DNA of 64,000 bases from Methyloceanibacter sp. (GCF_050728395.1 NZ_JBOHJB010000001.1:56601-120600), one strand, 5' to 3'. Positions 38,186 through 48,655 are shown, counted from the stretch's first letter. Notes: generated by a model from the sequence alone, not told the origin. Made by a program: numbers and translations.

Positions 38186-38357
38186 TTCCGCAACTTTTAT
38201 CGAGAGCCTGGAAAAGGGTAGGCCTCATAAGTGCCGCTGTCACGAGGTGCAGAGTCTCGGTCCCTCTGCAAAGGCTCACGCATAGTAGCGACAGCGACAC
38301 GGGGTAAGCTTCGTTCCGTTCAGAAGCAGAAGACCCGCTCCATCGGAGGCGATAGCT

Positions 38358-39416
38358 GTGACTAGAATTTACCTTCACGCGGGGATGCCGAAGACAGCCA
38401 CCACGACTGTTCAGAATTGGCTAATTGCAAATGCGAAGGCTCTCCGGGAGATCGGTATCTTTACTTTCGGCGGCACGCGATTCGCTCATCGGATCGCTGT
38501 CGAAGCGGTGACCGATCCACAAAAGCGTCAGAGAAAAGACATCTCCCAAATGCTGGCGGGAACTCCGCTCGAATGGGCAACCAGTGACCTCGAAACGGCA
38601 CTGAACGATCCAACCACCAAATCTGCGATCATATCCTCCGAATATTTTTCGATATCGGACCCGGTCTTGGTCCGCGCCTATTTCGAAAATTGCGGTTTCA
38701 CTAAGCAATGTCTTCTCGTGGTCCTTCGGAGGCAAGACAGATACCTAGAGGCAAACTATAGCCAGACTGCTATCCATATGGAGCGAGTGGACCCCTTGGC
38801 CAAGCAGCATGTCTATGATCCCGGATACGATTGGCATGCGTGGCTTTCGCGCTGGAACAACGTATACGGAAAGCCTTCGATGCGCACATTTTTGTTTGAA
38901 GACTTGGTTCAGACTGGTGATTTTATCGCTTCATTGTTTAATTGCGTTGGGCAGGAGATCCAACATTTGGGCCAAACAAACCCAGTTTCAGAACGAAGCA
39001 ATCCGAGCTTGCCAGCGGCCCTGATCGAATTCAAACGCCTCGCTAATCGACTTGGTACTTTCGACGTTCTTCCGCTTCTGGAGAGGGCAAACCGAAGTGG
39101 CGTTGGCGGGCCGCCGTTCAGGCTGAAACGTGAGCTGGCGAAGCAGATCCTCGACATCTACCGAGAGTCGAATCGGAAGGTCGCTCGGGAATTTTTCAAC
39201 CGCGAGGGGGAACTCTTCGACGAAAGCGATATCGAGGGCGAGCCCACTGGCGCCGACTACACCGGCAACCTGCCGGTGGAGATGCTCGCTATGTTATTTG
39301 CCCTTCACCTGCAAGACCACGCCGAGCATACAAAACAACTGAAAGACTCGATCGAACAGCTTGCGGCGAAGATCGACGCTGCCCTCAGCAAGGGCGATAA
39401 GCCTCAGCAAGGTTAA
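38358..39416 (+). CDS. Sulfotransferase-like / P-loop-like protein with short C-terminal coiled coil
   Basis: YLHAGMPKTATTTVQ, IISSEYFS, LRRQDRYLEANYSQ, N.SL. GTG start. Confidence 0.6.
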   Translation: MTRIYLHAGMPKTATTTVQNWLIANAKALREIGIFTFGGTRFAHRIAVEAVTDPQKRQRKDISQMLAGTPLEWATSDLETALNDPTTKSAIISSEYFSISDPVLVRAYFENCGFTKQCLLVVLRRQDRYLEANYSQTAIHMERVDPLAKQHVYDPGYDWHAWLSRWNNVYGKPSMRTFLFEDLVQTGDFIASLFNCVGQEIQHLGQTNPVSERSNPSLPAALIEFKRLANRLGTFDVLPLLERANRSGVGGPPFRLKRELAKQILDIYRESNRKVAREFFNREGELFDESDIEGEPTGADYTGNLPVEMLAMLFALHLQDHAEHTKQLKDSIEQLAAKIDAALSKGDKPQQG

Positions 39417-39572
39417 GCTCCTGTCTCCAGGTCTGCCTTGGGCGCCGCGGCAACTCCAGGCACTGGCGTTCTGCCGCTTGCCAACCCAAAATCAGCTAAC
39501 TATCGTTAGTCCCTCAGTTAACGGACCAAAGCTCGATATCGCCTCGGAGCCAACGGGGGGCCAGTTGCCGCG

Positions 39573-41126
39573 ATGTACGGGGTTTCAAAGATTGAGCACA
39601 GCCGGCGCCCCGAAAGCTTGGCCGAGACGTTTGCCGATACCGCAAAATGCTTGTCGCCGGCATCGTTCTGGATGCCGCGTTGGATCGCGCCCTCCGAGTG
39701 GTTGCCACACGCGCCCTTCGCCTTTTGGCTGATCGATAAGGCTCGGCCGCGGACGATCGTCGAATTGGGGACCTATCGTGGCGTCTCGTACTTGACCTTC
39801 TGCCAAGCCGTGCAGGAGCTCGGCCTCAGTGCGACATGCCGCGCGATCGACACCTGGACGGGAGATGAGCATACCGGCTTCTACGGCGAGGAAATCTTTT
39901 CCCAGCTCAAGGAGTATCACGACAACCATTACTCGGGATTTTCGAAGCTCATTCGTTCGACTTTTGCCGACGGCCTCGACTCCTTTTCGGAGCAGTCGAT
40001 TGACGTCCTGCATATCGATGGGCTCCGCTTCTATGACGATGTCTTGGAGGATTTCGACTCCTGGCTGCCCAAACTGTCCAAGTCGGCTGTTGTGCTCCTG
40101 CACAACACCAACGAGGACAAGAGCGACTTTGGGGTTGCAAGATTGTGGCATGAGCTGGGGGCTCGCTATCCCTCATTCGAGTTCAGGCACGGCCACGGAC
40201 TTGGCGTGCTCGCCGTGGGGAATGAAATACCGTTGTCGCTGGGGCCTTTGTTCTTTGCGACGGAGGCAAGCCGCGATGCGCTCAGACAAGTTTATGGGCG
40301 GCTGGGCTTGAGCGTCAGCGAGCGATTGGAGCTGAACACTCTGCGGCAGAACGTGGCTCGAGAGGATGAGAAGCTAGCCCAACTCGAAAGCGCGCTGCAG
40401 GCGCGCGGCGAGGCCTTTCGCGGCTTGCAAACCGAAATCGAAGAGTTGCGAGGCGCGATGATGGCGCGCCCTGCGGACGAGATTGCCGCCTTGCGAGCAA
40501 CGGTTGACCGGAGAGATCGTGAGCTCGCGGCCGACAAGGAGCATATCGCCTCGGTGGAAGGGAAGTTGGCCGAGAAGGCAGGTGAGGCCTCGGCTTTACG
40601 GACCGAGGTAGAGGCCCATCAAGCCACCAGGGCGAAATTTGACACTCTGAATGCACGCTTGATCGAAGAGAACGAGCAGTTTTATCGCGATGTCGAAAGC
40701 TACGCTTTGACCCAGCGGAACCGGGACAAACAAGTTTCGGCGTTGCGCCAAGAGATAATGGCCTATCAAGTGGCCAGCGAGGCGCTACGGACTGAAATCG
40801 AGGAGGCGCGTGAAGGGCTGGCAAGCTCGCTCGACCGGTCAAGGCTCCTGGAGGAGCGTCTAAGCGCGAGGGAGTCGAGCCTCGAGGAGACGAGCTTGGA
40901 GCTGGCAAAATCGCTCGATCGGTCAAGGCTCCTGGAGGAGCGCCTAAGCGCGAGGGAGTCGACCCTTGGGGAGGCGAGGCAAGAACTGGCAAGGTCGCTG
41001 AACCGATCAAGCACCCTGGAGGAGCGCGTGACCGCGATGGAGTCGAGCACCTCTTGGAAGCTGACCAAACCTCTCCGCAGCCTGTCTCACAGCACGCGGC
41101 AACTTGCAAAACGCGCGCCCCGATAG
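39573..41126 (+). CDS. Methyltransferase (Methyltransf_24) + coiled coil + SWKLTKPLR tail; WbdD-like chain terminator candidate
   Basis: WLPHAPFAFWL, VELGTYRGVSY, IDTWTGDEH, IDVLHIDG, FEF.HGHGLGV; heptad region; STSWKLTKPLR. Confidence 0.82.
   Translation: MYGVSKIEHSRRPESLAETFADTAKCLSPASFWMPRWIAPSEWLPHAPFAFWLIDKARPRTIVELGTYRGVSYLTFCQAVQELGLSATCRAIDTWTGDEHTGFYGEEIFSQLKEYHDNHYSGFSKLIRSTFADGLDSFSEQSIDVLHIDGLRFYDDVLEDFDSWLPKLSKSAVVLLHNTNEDKSDFGVARLWHELGARYPSFEFRHGHGLGVLAVGNEIPLSLGPLFFATEASRDALRQVYGRLGLSVSERLELNTLRQNVAREDEKLAQLESALQARGEAFRGLQTEIEELRGAMMARPADEIAALRATVDRRDRELAADKEHIASVEGKLAEKAGEASALRTEVEAHQATRAKFDTLNARLIEENEQFYRDVESYALTQRNRDKQVSALRQEIMAYQVASEALRTEIEEAREGLASSLDRSRLLEERLSARESSLEETSLELAKSLDRSRLLEERLSARESTLGEARQELARSLNRSSTLEERVTAMESSTSWKLTKPLRSLSHSTRQLAKRAPR
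40818..41049 (+). repeat. 84-bp (28-aa) coding tandem repeat, about 2.8 copies
   Basis: CTGGCAA..TCGCT...CG.TCAAG...CCTGGAGGAGCG units start at 40818, 40902 and 40986. Confidence 0.92.
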
Positions 41127-41169
41127 GCGACTTTTGGATCGCCACCCGCCTTCGTCATCGGGGAGCATC

Positions 41170-42093
41170 GTGCGCATAGCCGTTCTCATACCGTGCTTCA
41201 ACGAGGAGACGACGATCGCAAAGGTGACGGACGACTTCCGAAACGCCCTGCCCCAAGCCGTCATCTACGTCTACGACAACAATTCGACCGACCGGACGGC
41301 GGAATGCGCAAGCGCCGCCGGCGCCATCGTTCGCCACCATCCGGTCCAGGGCAAGGGTCACGTCGTCAGGCGCATGTTTGCCGACATCGAAGCGGACGTG
41401 TACGTGCTGGTCGACGGGGACGATACCTATGACGCGGTTGCGGCACCCGAGCTCGTGACGCTGATGCTCGACGACAAACTCGACTTCGTCAACGCGGCGC
41501 GGCTGTCAAACGACGAGCTCGCTTACCGCCGAGGTCACCGGTTCGGCAACGCGGCGTTCACGAGCTTGGTCCGTCTCATCTTTGGCCAGGCCTTCTCGGA
41601 CATTCTTTCCGGGTACAAGGTGTTGTCGCGCCGCTTCGTGAAGACCTTTCCGGCGATGTCCGGTGGCTTCGAAATCGAGACCGAGCTTGCCGTCCACGCG
41701 CTCGAGCTTGATGTGCCGCGCGCAGAGCGGCCGGTTCCCTATAAAGAGCGGCCGGCAGGCTCGGTCAGCAAGCTGCGCACCTTTCGAGACGGCTTTCATA
41801 TCCTCATGCTGATCTCGCGCCTGGTGAAAGACGAGCGGCCGCTTCAATTCTTTGGTCTGATCGGCCTTTTCAGCGCTATTATCGGGGTGGCGTTGGGCGT
41901 CCCGATCATAAAAACCTATCTCGATACGGGATTGGTGCCGCGTTTTCCGACTGCGTTCCTCGCCGTCGGCCTGGTGATCATCGCCGTGGTCAGCATCTTC
42001 ACCGGCATCATTCTCGATGTGGTCACCAAGACGCGCCGCGAGGTGAAGCGGCTTGCCTATTTGTCGCTTCCCAGTGCCGAAGGTCATCAATGA
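41170..42093 (+). CDS. GT2 polyprenol-phosphate glycosyltransferase (GtrB/DPM1-like)
   Basis: VLIPCFNEE, YDNNSTD, QGKGHVV, LVDGDDTY, FEIETEL. GTG start at 41170 after GGGAG. Confidence 0.9.
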   Translation: MRIAVLIPCFNEETTIAKVTDDFRNALPQAVIYVYDNNSTDRTAECASAAGAIVRHHPVQGKGHVVRRMFADIEADVYVLVDGDDTYDAVAAPELVTLMLDDKLDFVNAARLSNDELAYRRGHRFGNAAFTSLVRLIFGQAFSDILSGYKVLSRRFVKTFPAMSGGFEIETELAVHALELDVPRAERPVPYKERPAGSVSKLRTFRDGFHILMLISRLVKDERPLQFFGLIGLFSAIIGVALGVPIIKTYLDTGLVPRFPTAFLAVGLVIIAVVSIFTGIILDVVTKTRREVKRLAYLSLPSAEGHQ

Positions 42094-42536
42094 AAGAGGA
42101 CAAGGATGCAACGAGCAGCCTTGCCCGCGCCGAGCTGACCCGCTTTCTACGCTATTGCGTGGTTGGCGCCGCGGGCTTCATCACCGATGCCACGGTGCTC
42201 CTTGCACTGGTGCATGGCTTCGCCATGAACCCGCTTCTTGCCCGGGTATTTTCCTTTAGCCTGGCGGTGATGCTGACATTTGCCCTCAATCAGCACTGGA
42301 CATTTGGGGGCGGACGCAAGCAAGGGCTGATCGCATCCTTTGCCGCATATCTCGGGGTCCAGGGCTTGGGTCTCGTCTGCAACGCGGCGATCTTCGCGAT
42401 CGGAATTTTGGTGCTCCCCGCGCCTCTCAATGCGCCGCTCTTTTCGTTGGCAATCGCTTCGGCCATCGCGCTCGCGGTCAACTACGGGGGTGCCAAGCAC
42501 TTCGTCTTCAACGTCGATGCACGCGGCGAGAGGTAA
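42090..42536 (+). CDS. gtrA: GtrA-family lipid-linked sugar flippase
   Basis: RFLRYCVVGAAGFITD, FALNQHWTF, four TM helices, K.FVF end. Confidence 0.85.
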   Translation: MKEDKDATSSLARAELTRFLRYCVVGAAGFITDATVLLALVHGFAMNPLLARVFSFSLAVMLTFALNQHWTFGGGRKQGLIASFAAYLGVQGLGLVCNAAIFAIGILVLPAPLNAPLFSLAIASAIALAVNYGGAKHFVFNVDARGER

Positions 42537-42548
42537 GCCACGGAAGCG

Positions 42549-44150
42549 ATGCAACACACGCGGCCAAGTCTTCCTCGATATGGGGTGGTTTTGGCTCTCT
42601 TATTTGCGTTCGCGCTCGCCGCAGGTCTCTACAGCGTACATCTGGGCATTCCCCAAATGTGGGACATCAAGAACTATCATATCTACAACCCATTCGCCGC
42701 CCTCAACCATCGCTATCTCTTCGATGTCGCGCCGGCTCAGGCACAAAGTTACTACAACCCGGCGCTCGATTTTCCCTTCTATTTGCTGATCGAGTGGTTC
42801 AACGACCGCCCCCGGCTGATTGCCTTTGTGCTCGGGGCCGGGCACGGGCTCAATCTTCTCTGCGTCGCTCTTCTTGCCTGGTATCTCTTGGAGGGCGTGC
42901 CACCGGCCCTCCGTACGGTTCTCGCAGGACTCGCCGTGCTGATCGGCGCGACCGGGGCCGGCTCGATGCCGTTGATCGGCGCGGTGACGGGCGACCTGCA
43001 GGCGGCCACGCCGATCCTCGCGGCACTTGTTGTCGCCATCTATGGGATCGAAAGCGCGCAAACGAACCCGACACTGGCACTCCGGGCGCTTGCGATTTCC
43101 GGCATGCTCGCCGGTTTGGCGGTCGGCTTGAAACTGACGATGGGCGCTTTCGGACTCGGTCTCGCCGCCTCGCTTCTGGTGCTGCCCCGCGCCATGCTGT
43201 TGGGAGGCCTGCTGCGCTTTGCCGGCGGCGGGATCGTCGGTTTTCTCGTGGCGGGAGGCCCGCATTATTTCACGATCTGGCGGCTCTTCGGCAATCCCTT
43301 CCTGCCGATGTTCAACACCCTGTTCCAATCGCCCTACTGGCAAAAGGTGGCACCGTGGGACCGGCGCTTTCTCCCGAAATCATGGTTCGACTGGCTGTTT
43401 TACCCCTTCGAATGGGCACACGATTCACGCCCGAGCCTCGTGGCCGAGTTCGGCTTTCGCGACATAAGGTTGGCGCTCGCGATCGCCCTCGGCGTTATCG
43501 TGGCCTTGACCTGGCTCAACTCACGTCTGACCGGCCATCCGATGAGGCGACCACTTTCTCGTGGCCTTTGCGCCCTCATCATCTTTGCGCTCGTCGGCTA
43601 TTTGCTTTGGCTGCCGCTGTTCTCGATCTACCGGTACCTCCTTCCCCTCGAGCTGCTCTCCGGCATCTTCATCGTGCTTGCGCTTGGCGCGCTTCTCACA
43701 CGTGAAGCGTGGCCGGTGGTGGCCACCGCAGTCGCAGGACTTTGCATCGCGACCACGATCCCGCTCGAGTGGGGTCACGCTCCGATCAGGAACCGATACG
43801 TTGAGATCTCGGCCCCGACGCTTCAGCCCAACACGCTCGTCGTCATCATGGGCACCTATCCCATCTCATACCTTGTCCCGTTTTTCGATCGGAGCGTCAG
43901 GTGGGTTGGCGGCATGAATGGGCTCGTCAATCCTGATCAGGACAACCTCATGGCGCGCCGCGCACGCGATCTTATTCGCGGTCACCAAGGTCCGTTGATG
44001 ATGCTGGAGGCGGGAGCCAAGGAAGCCAATATCGCCAAGGCAATGGCTCGCCTCTCGCTCGCCCGGAGCGCGGGGGAGTGTGCGCCTGTGTCGTCGAATC
44101 TCGGGGGTGAGAGTTACCGGCTCTGCCCCGTAGAAGTGCAGTTGCCTTGA
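42549..44150 (+). CDS. GT-C-type membrane glycosyltransferase (Gtr-type transferase partner)
   Basis: WDIKNYH.YN, AVGLKLT, FGNPFLP, FSIYRYLLPLE. Lies directly after gtrB-gtrA-like genes. Confidence 0.7.
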   Translation: MQHTRPSLPRYGVVLALLFAFALAAGLYSVHLGIPQMWDIKNYHIYNPFAALNHRYLFDVAPAQAQSYYNPALDFPFYLLIEWFNDRPRLIAFVLGAGHGLNLLCVALLAWYLLEGVPPALRTVLAGLAVLIGATGAGSMPLIGAVTGDLQAATPILAALVVAIYGIESAQTNPTLALRALAISGMLAGLAVGLKLTMGAFGLGLAASLLVLPRAMLLGGLLRFAGGGIVGFLVAGGPHYFTIWRLFGNPFLPMFNTLFQSPYWQKVAPWDRRFLPKSWFDWLFYPFEWAHDSRPSLVAEFGFRDIRLALAIALGVIVALTWLNSRLTGHPMRRPLSRGLCALIIFALVGYLLWLPLFSIYRYLLPLELLSGIFIVLALGALLTREAWPVVATAVAGLCIATTIPLEWGHAPIRNRYVEISAPTLQPNTLVVIMGTYPISYLVPFFDRSVRWVGGMNGLVNPDQDNLMARRARDLIRGHQGPLMMLEAGAKEANIAKAMARLSLARSAGECAPVSSNLGGESYRLCPVEVQLP

Positions 44151-44180
44151 GGGTCCCTCATCGGAACCGGCCGACCGCTT

Positions 44181-45404
44181 TCACTGGACCTCCACGACAA
44201 CCGGGTTCGACCGCAATATCCGCCCGTAACGGATCATCTCGACATAGAGTTGGAGGGGTCCAGGAGTGCTGTAGAGTTCCGGACGCACCTCGGCAGTCAG
44301 GGAATTGTCCTTCACGAGCGTCGGCAGACGTTCGCCAGCGAGCACGAGCACGAATTCTTGACGTGCGGGCCGATCGAGCTTGACCCAGATCGCCGATCCG
44401 CCGCTCGGCTGCTTATTGAAGGGCCGGCCGTGGACCACACGGAGGGGGCCAAAGCCAACGATTTTGGCGTCCAGCGGCTTTGGCGGAGCGTCAGCCGACG
44501 GAACTGGCGCCAGCGTGAAACCGAGGGCTGCGACCGCGATAACCAAGACAGGAAGCGCAATACCGCTCCAATTCCGTCGAAGTCCGGACCAGAACACCTC
44601 GTTCGGCTCCTTATTTTGTGCGTTAAAGTCGGCGCTCACCTTTTCGGGAAACACGAGCAACACAAGCGCGATGACGATTGCCGCCAGCAGGGTCATGGAG
44701 GACGAATAGAGTATCCCCAAGACTCCGAAGATCAGCACCACGCAATACATTTTGGCTTCGAGCGGCAAAGTCCATAGCGACCCATTAATTGCTTCCTGCG
44801 GTCTCCCTTCGAACACCCCAGGGATGCCCCACTGCATTTTGAGAACAGAGTTGTTGAGGATGTAGGTGTAGGTCGCGGGGTCTCGCAATAAGTCGGCGCG
44901 AATTCCCGGGGACACGGCGATGACAAGAGCAACAGAGACGATGAGGCAGACGACCAAGCCTGGCCAAATGCGCGCGAACCTCTTGACGGCGAAACTTGCC
45001 GCATTTCGCTCGTAGAAGAGACTTTGGCTTACGAAGATGCCGCTGATGAGAAAAAAGACGTCGACTGCAATATCGCCGCAATAGGTGAAGGGCAGCACCT
45101 TCGTGGTCGGTTCTACTAGGTCGACACCGTTCAATGACAGCGCGAAAGAGTGGCCAAAGGCAACGGCGGTCGCTGCGAGAAGCCTAAGCAAATTGAAGTT
45201 ATTGAGTTCCGGACTTCTTAAGTAGTGATCGAGGGAAGGTTGCAAATTCTCTGCCGCGTCTCCCGGAACGACGCTGGGCGCTAATCCCGGTCTCCTCGGC
45301 GGCGAGAACAGATTCACGGCGACGAGCCGGCTGAAATCATCGGCTCGACGACCCTGATCGGACAATTGGCAGGCTTCACTTGCATTTCTCGGAGCCGACG
45401 ACAA
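44181..45404 (-). pseudogene. Acyltransferase_3 (OafA-like) lacking its C-terminal half, fused in frame to a soluble beta domain; possibly deleted or chimeric
   Basis: NNFNLLRLLAA...HS, VDVFFLISG, RFARIWP and NGSLWTLPLE are present. The SYGxY motif and later TM helices are absent. The ORF is open throughout. Confidence 0.5.
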
Positions 45405-45774
45405 ACTTTGCGAGTTGTTGCTTTTCGTTCTCGTCCTTCAAGATGAACACCTCCTTGGCCTTTGCCCAAGCCCCGGTCTTCTCGGTGCCTTGGGCTCCCA
45501 AAAAAGCAAAGAGATTTTGATTGCCGTCCTCACCAACAACGAAGATCTTCACTGCCGACGCGCCGGCGGCAGATGCATCCCAGGTCAGCGTTACCACCGC
45601 TGGCGGATCGCACTCGCGCAAAGTCTCGGGGTCAACCTTAAAGGTCACGCCTTCCGACACTTCCGATACGGGTGCGGACGTGGAAGCATCGGTGGAGGAT
45701 GATCTCGTCGAGGAGGAATCACAGCCGAGCAGCAGCAGTGTCGCGATTACCCCCAAAATCACGTACCCCTTCAT
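45376..45774 (-). CDS. Lipoprotein of unknown function
   Basis: Signal peptide with lipobox LLGC, Ser-rich linker, beta-rich domain. Confidence 0.7.
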   Translation of the reverse strand: MKGYVILGVIATLLLLGCDSSSTRSSSTDASTSAPVSEVSEGVTFKVDPETLRECDPPAVVTLTWDASAAGASAVKIFVVGEDGNQNLFAFLGAQGTEKTGAWAKAKEVFILKDENEKQQLAKFVVGSEKCK

Positions 45775-45926
45775 TACTTTTCCTATCCTCGATTTGCTTA
45801 CGCTCTACACTCAACCCGGCTTTCGACATTTCGTGCACAACTCATGGACCAAACGCGAAGGTTGTAGTACGAGGATAGCGTCGTCAAGCAACAATGTCAG
45901 GCCAAGACAAGGGAACCTGCAAGCCG

Positions 45927-47558
45927 ATGCAAGTTAGCGCGCTTGCGAGGTTCGGCCGTTACCTCCTTGGGGTTCTCCCGGCAATCCTGATCCTAGCCTT
46001 TGGCGTGGTCACTGAAATCGATTTGCCGGGCATCTACTTGGACGGAGCGAACCCCGATTTCTACGTGGTGCCCATTCTCAATCCCGATGTTCAGAAACTC
46101 ACCGGCTGGACGCTCCCGGGAAACTTGATTGCAGACAGGTTCCCAGTTCTCAGCCAAGTCTATCACGGGACCTTACCAGTTTATGTTGGCCTGCCCTTCT
46201 ACGCCCTGTTCGGGACCGGTGCCGTCGGCATTCACGCAACGCATGGCGTCTTCGCCGGCATCGCGCTGATCTCGTTCTATGTGCTGCTGATAAGCTTTCG
46301 GCTCGAGACTTGGCTGGCCGGCCTCATCGCCGCGGCGCTGGCGCTGGATTCGGCGTTCGTGTTCAGCTTTCGAAATCAGTTCTACGTCACGGTTTTTCCC
46401 ATCGCGTTCGTCTTCCTCTCCGCCGCCGCGGTGAATTGGGCCGCGCGTACGACCGAGACTTCTCGGGCAGCGCGGCGGCTCATCCTTTCCGGTGCGCTGA
46501 CCGGCATCGCCTGCTTCGGCTATTTCGTCCATCTCTTTCTTGGTGCCGTGATCTTCATTTTCTTGATCGCGCCGTCGGCCTTCCCACTCAGCCGCAGCCG
46601 CCGCGCCGCCTTCTGGCTGATCGGTCTCGTCGTCGGTCTTCTTCCCTTCATTATCGGCTTCGGCCTCGCGGCCTGGGAACTTGGGTCCGTCATCGCCGCA
46701 GCGAAATTCTTTCTCCACCGGATCGCTTCGTTACAGATCGGCAGACCCTCCGAAGGCCTAGCCGACAGACTCAGGTGGGCAGTCGATCTCCTCAATTGGG
46801 CCATATCGAACGTCGGCAATGAATCGATGATGTTCGGTCGGTTTCTGCCGAGGCAGGGAGAAAATTGGCGATTGCTTATTCTGCTGGGGCTTCCTCTGGT
46901 GACGTTGCTGATAACCGAGATACTTGGTCGCGGAGACCGCCTTCTCAGGCTCGCAGCGGGGTTCGTTCTTGCAAACTTCATCATGTGCCTATGCTTCGGC
47001 ACGCGTGTTTGGGTGCAGCATACTGCGCCAATGGTCCCGGTTTTTTACCTCGGACTGGCAGGGGCCCTTGCCGTCATCGTGGGCGCAGGTTCCGTTGTCC
47101 TCCCCCGGGCATTCGCCATCGCATCGATCGGCGTACTTCTCTATCTGAACGCGGCAGGACAATCGGCGGTCTTCGCCGAGCTCCGCAGGACAGGTGGCGT
47201 AGGATTTATGTCCGATGCAATCAATCGATTTGCCGAGGACGCCATCCCGCGGGCCAGCGAAAGCGTCTACATGCTTCCCGAAATTGGACTGCAGCAACAA
47301 ACGCTGATGATCACGCGCGGAAGGGCGACGCTGATCTCACATGAGGATGTGGGGCTTCTCCATCGCCGTTTTTGCGAGGGCAAGGATGTCGCTATTGCTT
47401 ATCTTCCAAAGGCCGACGACGACCGCGCACGGCGTTGGATCAAGGACTTCAACGAAGGCGAACCGGAGCAGACAGTTTACTCTGAACGCACCGGTCGCGA
47501 GGTGATCGGGGTCTTGCGCTGGCTGCGAAGTGCACACCGAGCGCTGAACTGCCCTTGA
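45927..47558 (+). CDS. GT-C-type membrane glycosyltransferase
   Basis: PGIYLDGANPD first loop, YHGTLPVY, multi-TM body, periplasmic tail. Confidence 0.6.
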   Translation: MQVSALARFGRYLLGVLPAILILAFGVVTEIDLPGIYLDGANPDFYVVPILNPDVQKLTGWTLPGNLIADRFPVLSQVYHGTLPVYVGLPFYALFGTGAVGIHATHGVFAGIALISFYVLLISFRLETWLAGLIAAALALDSAFVFSFRNQFYVTVFPIAFVFLSAAAVNWAARTTETSRAARRLILSGALTGIACFGYFVHLFLGAVIFIFLIAPSAFPLSRSRRAAFWLIGLVVGLLPFIIGFGLAAWELGSVIAAAKFFLHRIASLQIGRPSEGLADRLRWAVDLLNWAISNVGNESMMFGRFLPRQGENWRLLILLGLPLVTLLITEILGRGDRLLRLAAGFVLANFIMCLCFGTRVWVQHTAPMVPVFYLGLAGALAVIVGAGSVVLPRAFAIASIGVLLYLNAAGQSAVFAELRRTGGVGFMSDAINRFAEDAIPRASESVYMLPEIGLQQQTLMITRGRATLISHEDVGLLHRRFCEGKDVAIAYLPKADDDRARRWIKDFNEGEPEQTVYSERTGREVIGVLRWLRSAHRALNCP

Positions 47559-47635
47559 GAGTTGCTATTCGAGAGCAGGCCATCGGCAAGCTGCTCTCGC
47601 TCTTGAGTGACCGGACAGACCTAGTCGACCGACAC

Positions 47636-48655
47636 CTATTTCGGCGGCAGGGGCTCCTCCCGGGTGGTCGACACGGCTTCCGCTCTGTCGAAACCGATCT
47701 TCTCTCGAATGAGGTAAAGCGGTCTCATCTTCGACTCTTCGTGAATCCGGCCGATGTACTCGCCGATAATGCCCATGGTGACCATCTGCAACGCACCGAA
47801 AAAAAGGATCAACAAGATGATCCAATAGAAGCCTGGAATGATGACCCGCCCTGTAAGGTACAGAGTGAGGAAGAAAACCGTCAGGAGCGACGAAAGAGCA
47901 AAAACAGAAAGCCCCACATAGGTCCACAGCCTGAGCGGCAAGGTTGTGAAACTGGTCAATCCGTCGAGCGCGAAGTTCCAGAGTCTCCAGTAGCTCCAGG
48001 CCGACTTGCCGGCGACCCGGGCGTCGCGGTCGTATGGCACCGTCACCTGCTTGAAGCCGACCCAGCTGAAAATTCCCTTCATAAACCGGCGCCGTTCGGG
48101 CAACGAATTGATCGCATTGACGACATTGCGCGACAGAAGGCGATAGTCACCGCCGTCGACAGGCAACTTTATGTCGCTGAGTAGGTTGAACGCCCGATAG
48201 AAGCCCCGGGCCGTTATGCGCTTGCCGCCGGTATCGAAGCGGCGGAGCGTTCGCACCCCGCACACGGCATCGTACCCCTGGCGCCAAAGCTCGAAGAAGC
48301 GCTCGATCAGTTCGGGCGGATCCTGGAGGTCTGCGTCGATCAGGACGGTCGCGTCGCCTCTGGCTTCCGCGAGACCGGCGGAGAGCGCGGCCTCCTTGCC
48401 AAAGTTGCGGCTAAAATCGATCACTCTCAGATGGGGATTCCCGCCAGCCATCTCCCTCAGTATTTCGAGGCTTCGATCTTCACTGCCGTCATTGACGCAA
48501 ATGATCTCATATGACGGGGTCAGCTTGCGCAGTACCGGAATCAGGCGCTCGAGAAATGGGCGCAGCACCTCCTCCTCGTCATAGATTGCCACCACCACGG
48601 ACAGCTCGACATCGCCAATTTTGCTCGAGGCACGAGACGTCATTTTTTTTGCCAA
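47636..48655 (-). CDS. gtrB: GT2 bactoprenol glycosyltransferase (GtrB-like)
   Basis: VNDGSEDRS, FSRNFGKEAALSAG, IDADLQDPPE, GDYRLL, GEYIGRI.EE.K.RP.Y. Confidence 0.85.
   Translation of the reverse strand: MAKKMTSRASSKIGDVELSVVVAIYDEEEVLRPFLERLIPVLRKLTPSYEIICVNDGSEDRSLEILREMAGGNPHLRVIDFSRNFGKEAALSAGLAEARGDATVLIDADLQDPPELIERFFELWRQGYDAVCGVRTLRRFDTGGKRITARGFYRAFNLLSDIKLPVDGGDYRLLSRNVVNAINSLPERRRFMKGIFSWVGFKQVTVPYDRDARVAGKSAWSYWRLWNFALDGLTSFTTLPLRLWTYVGLSVFALSSLLTVFFLTLYLTGRVIIPGFYWIILLILFFGALQMVTMGIIGEYIGRIHEESKMRPLYLIREKIGFDRAEAVSTTREEPLPPK

Noticed and set aside
40818-41049. Tandem repeat considered as a possible CRISPR array
   Set aside because: The units are contiguous, in frame and coding, with no unique spacers and no cas genes.
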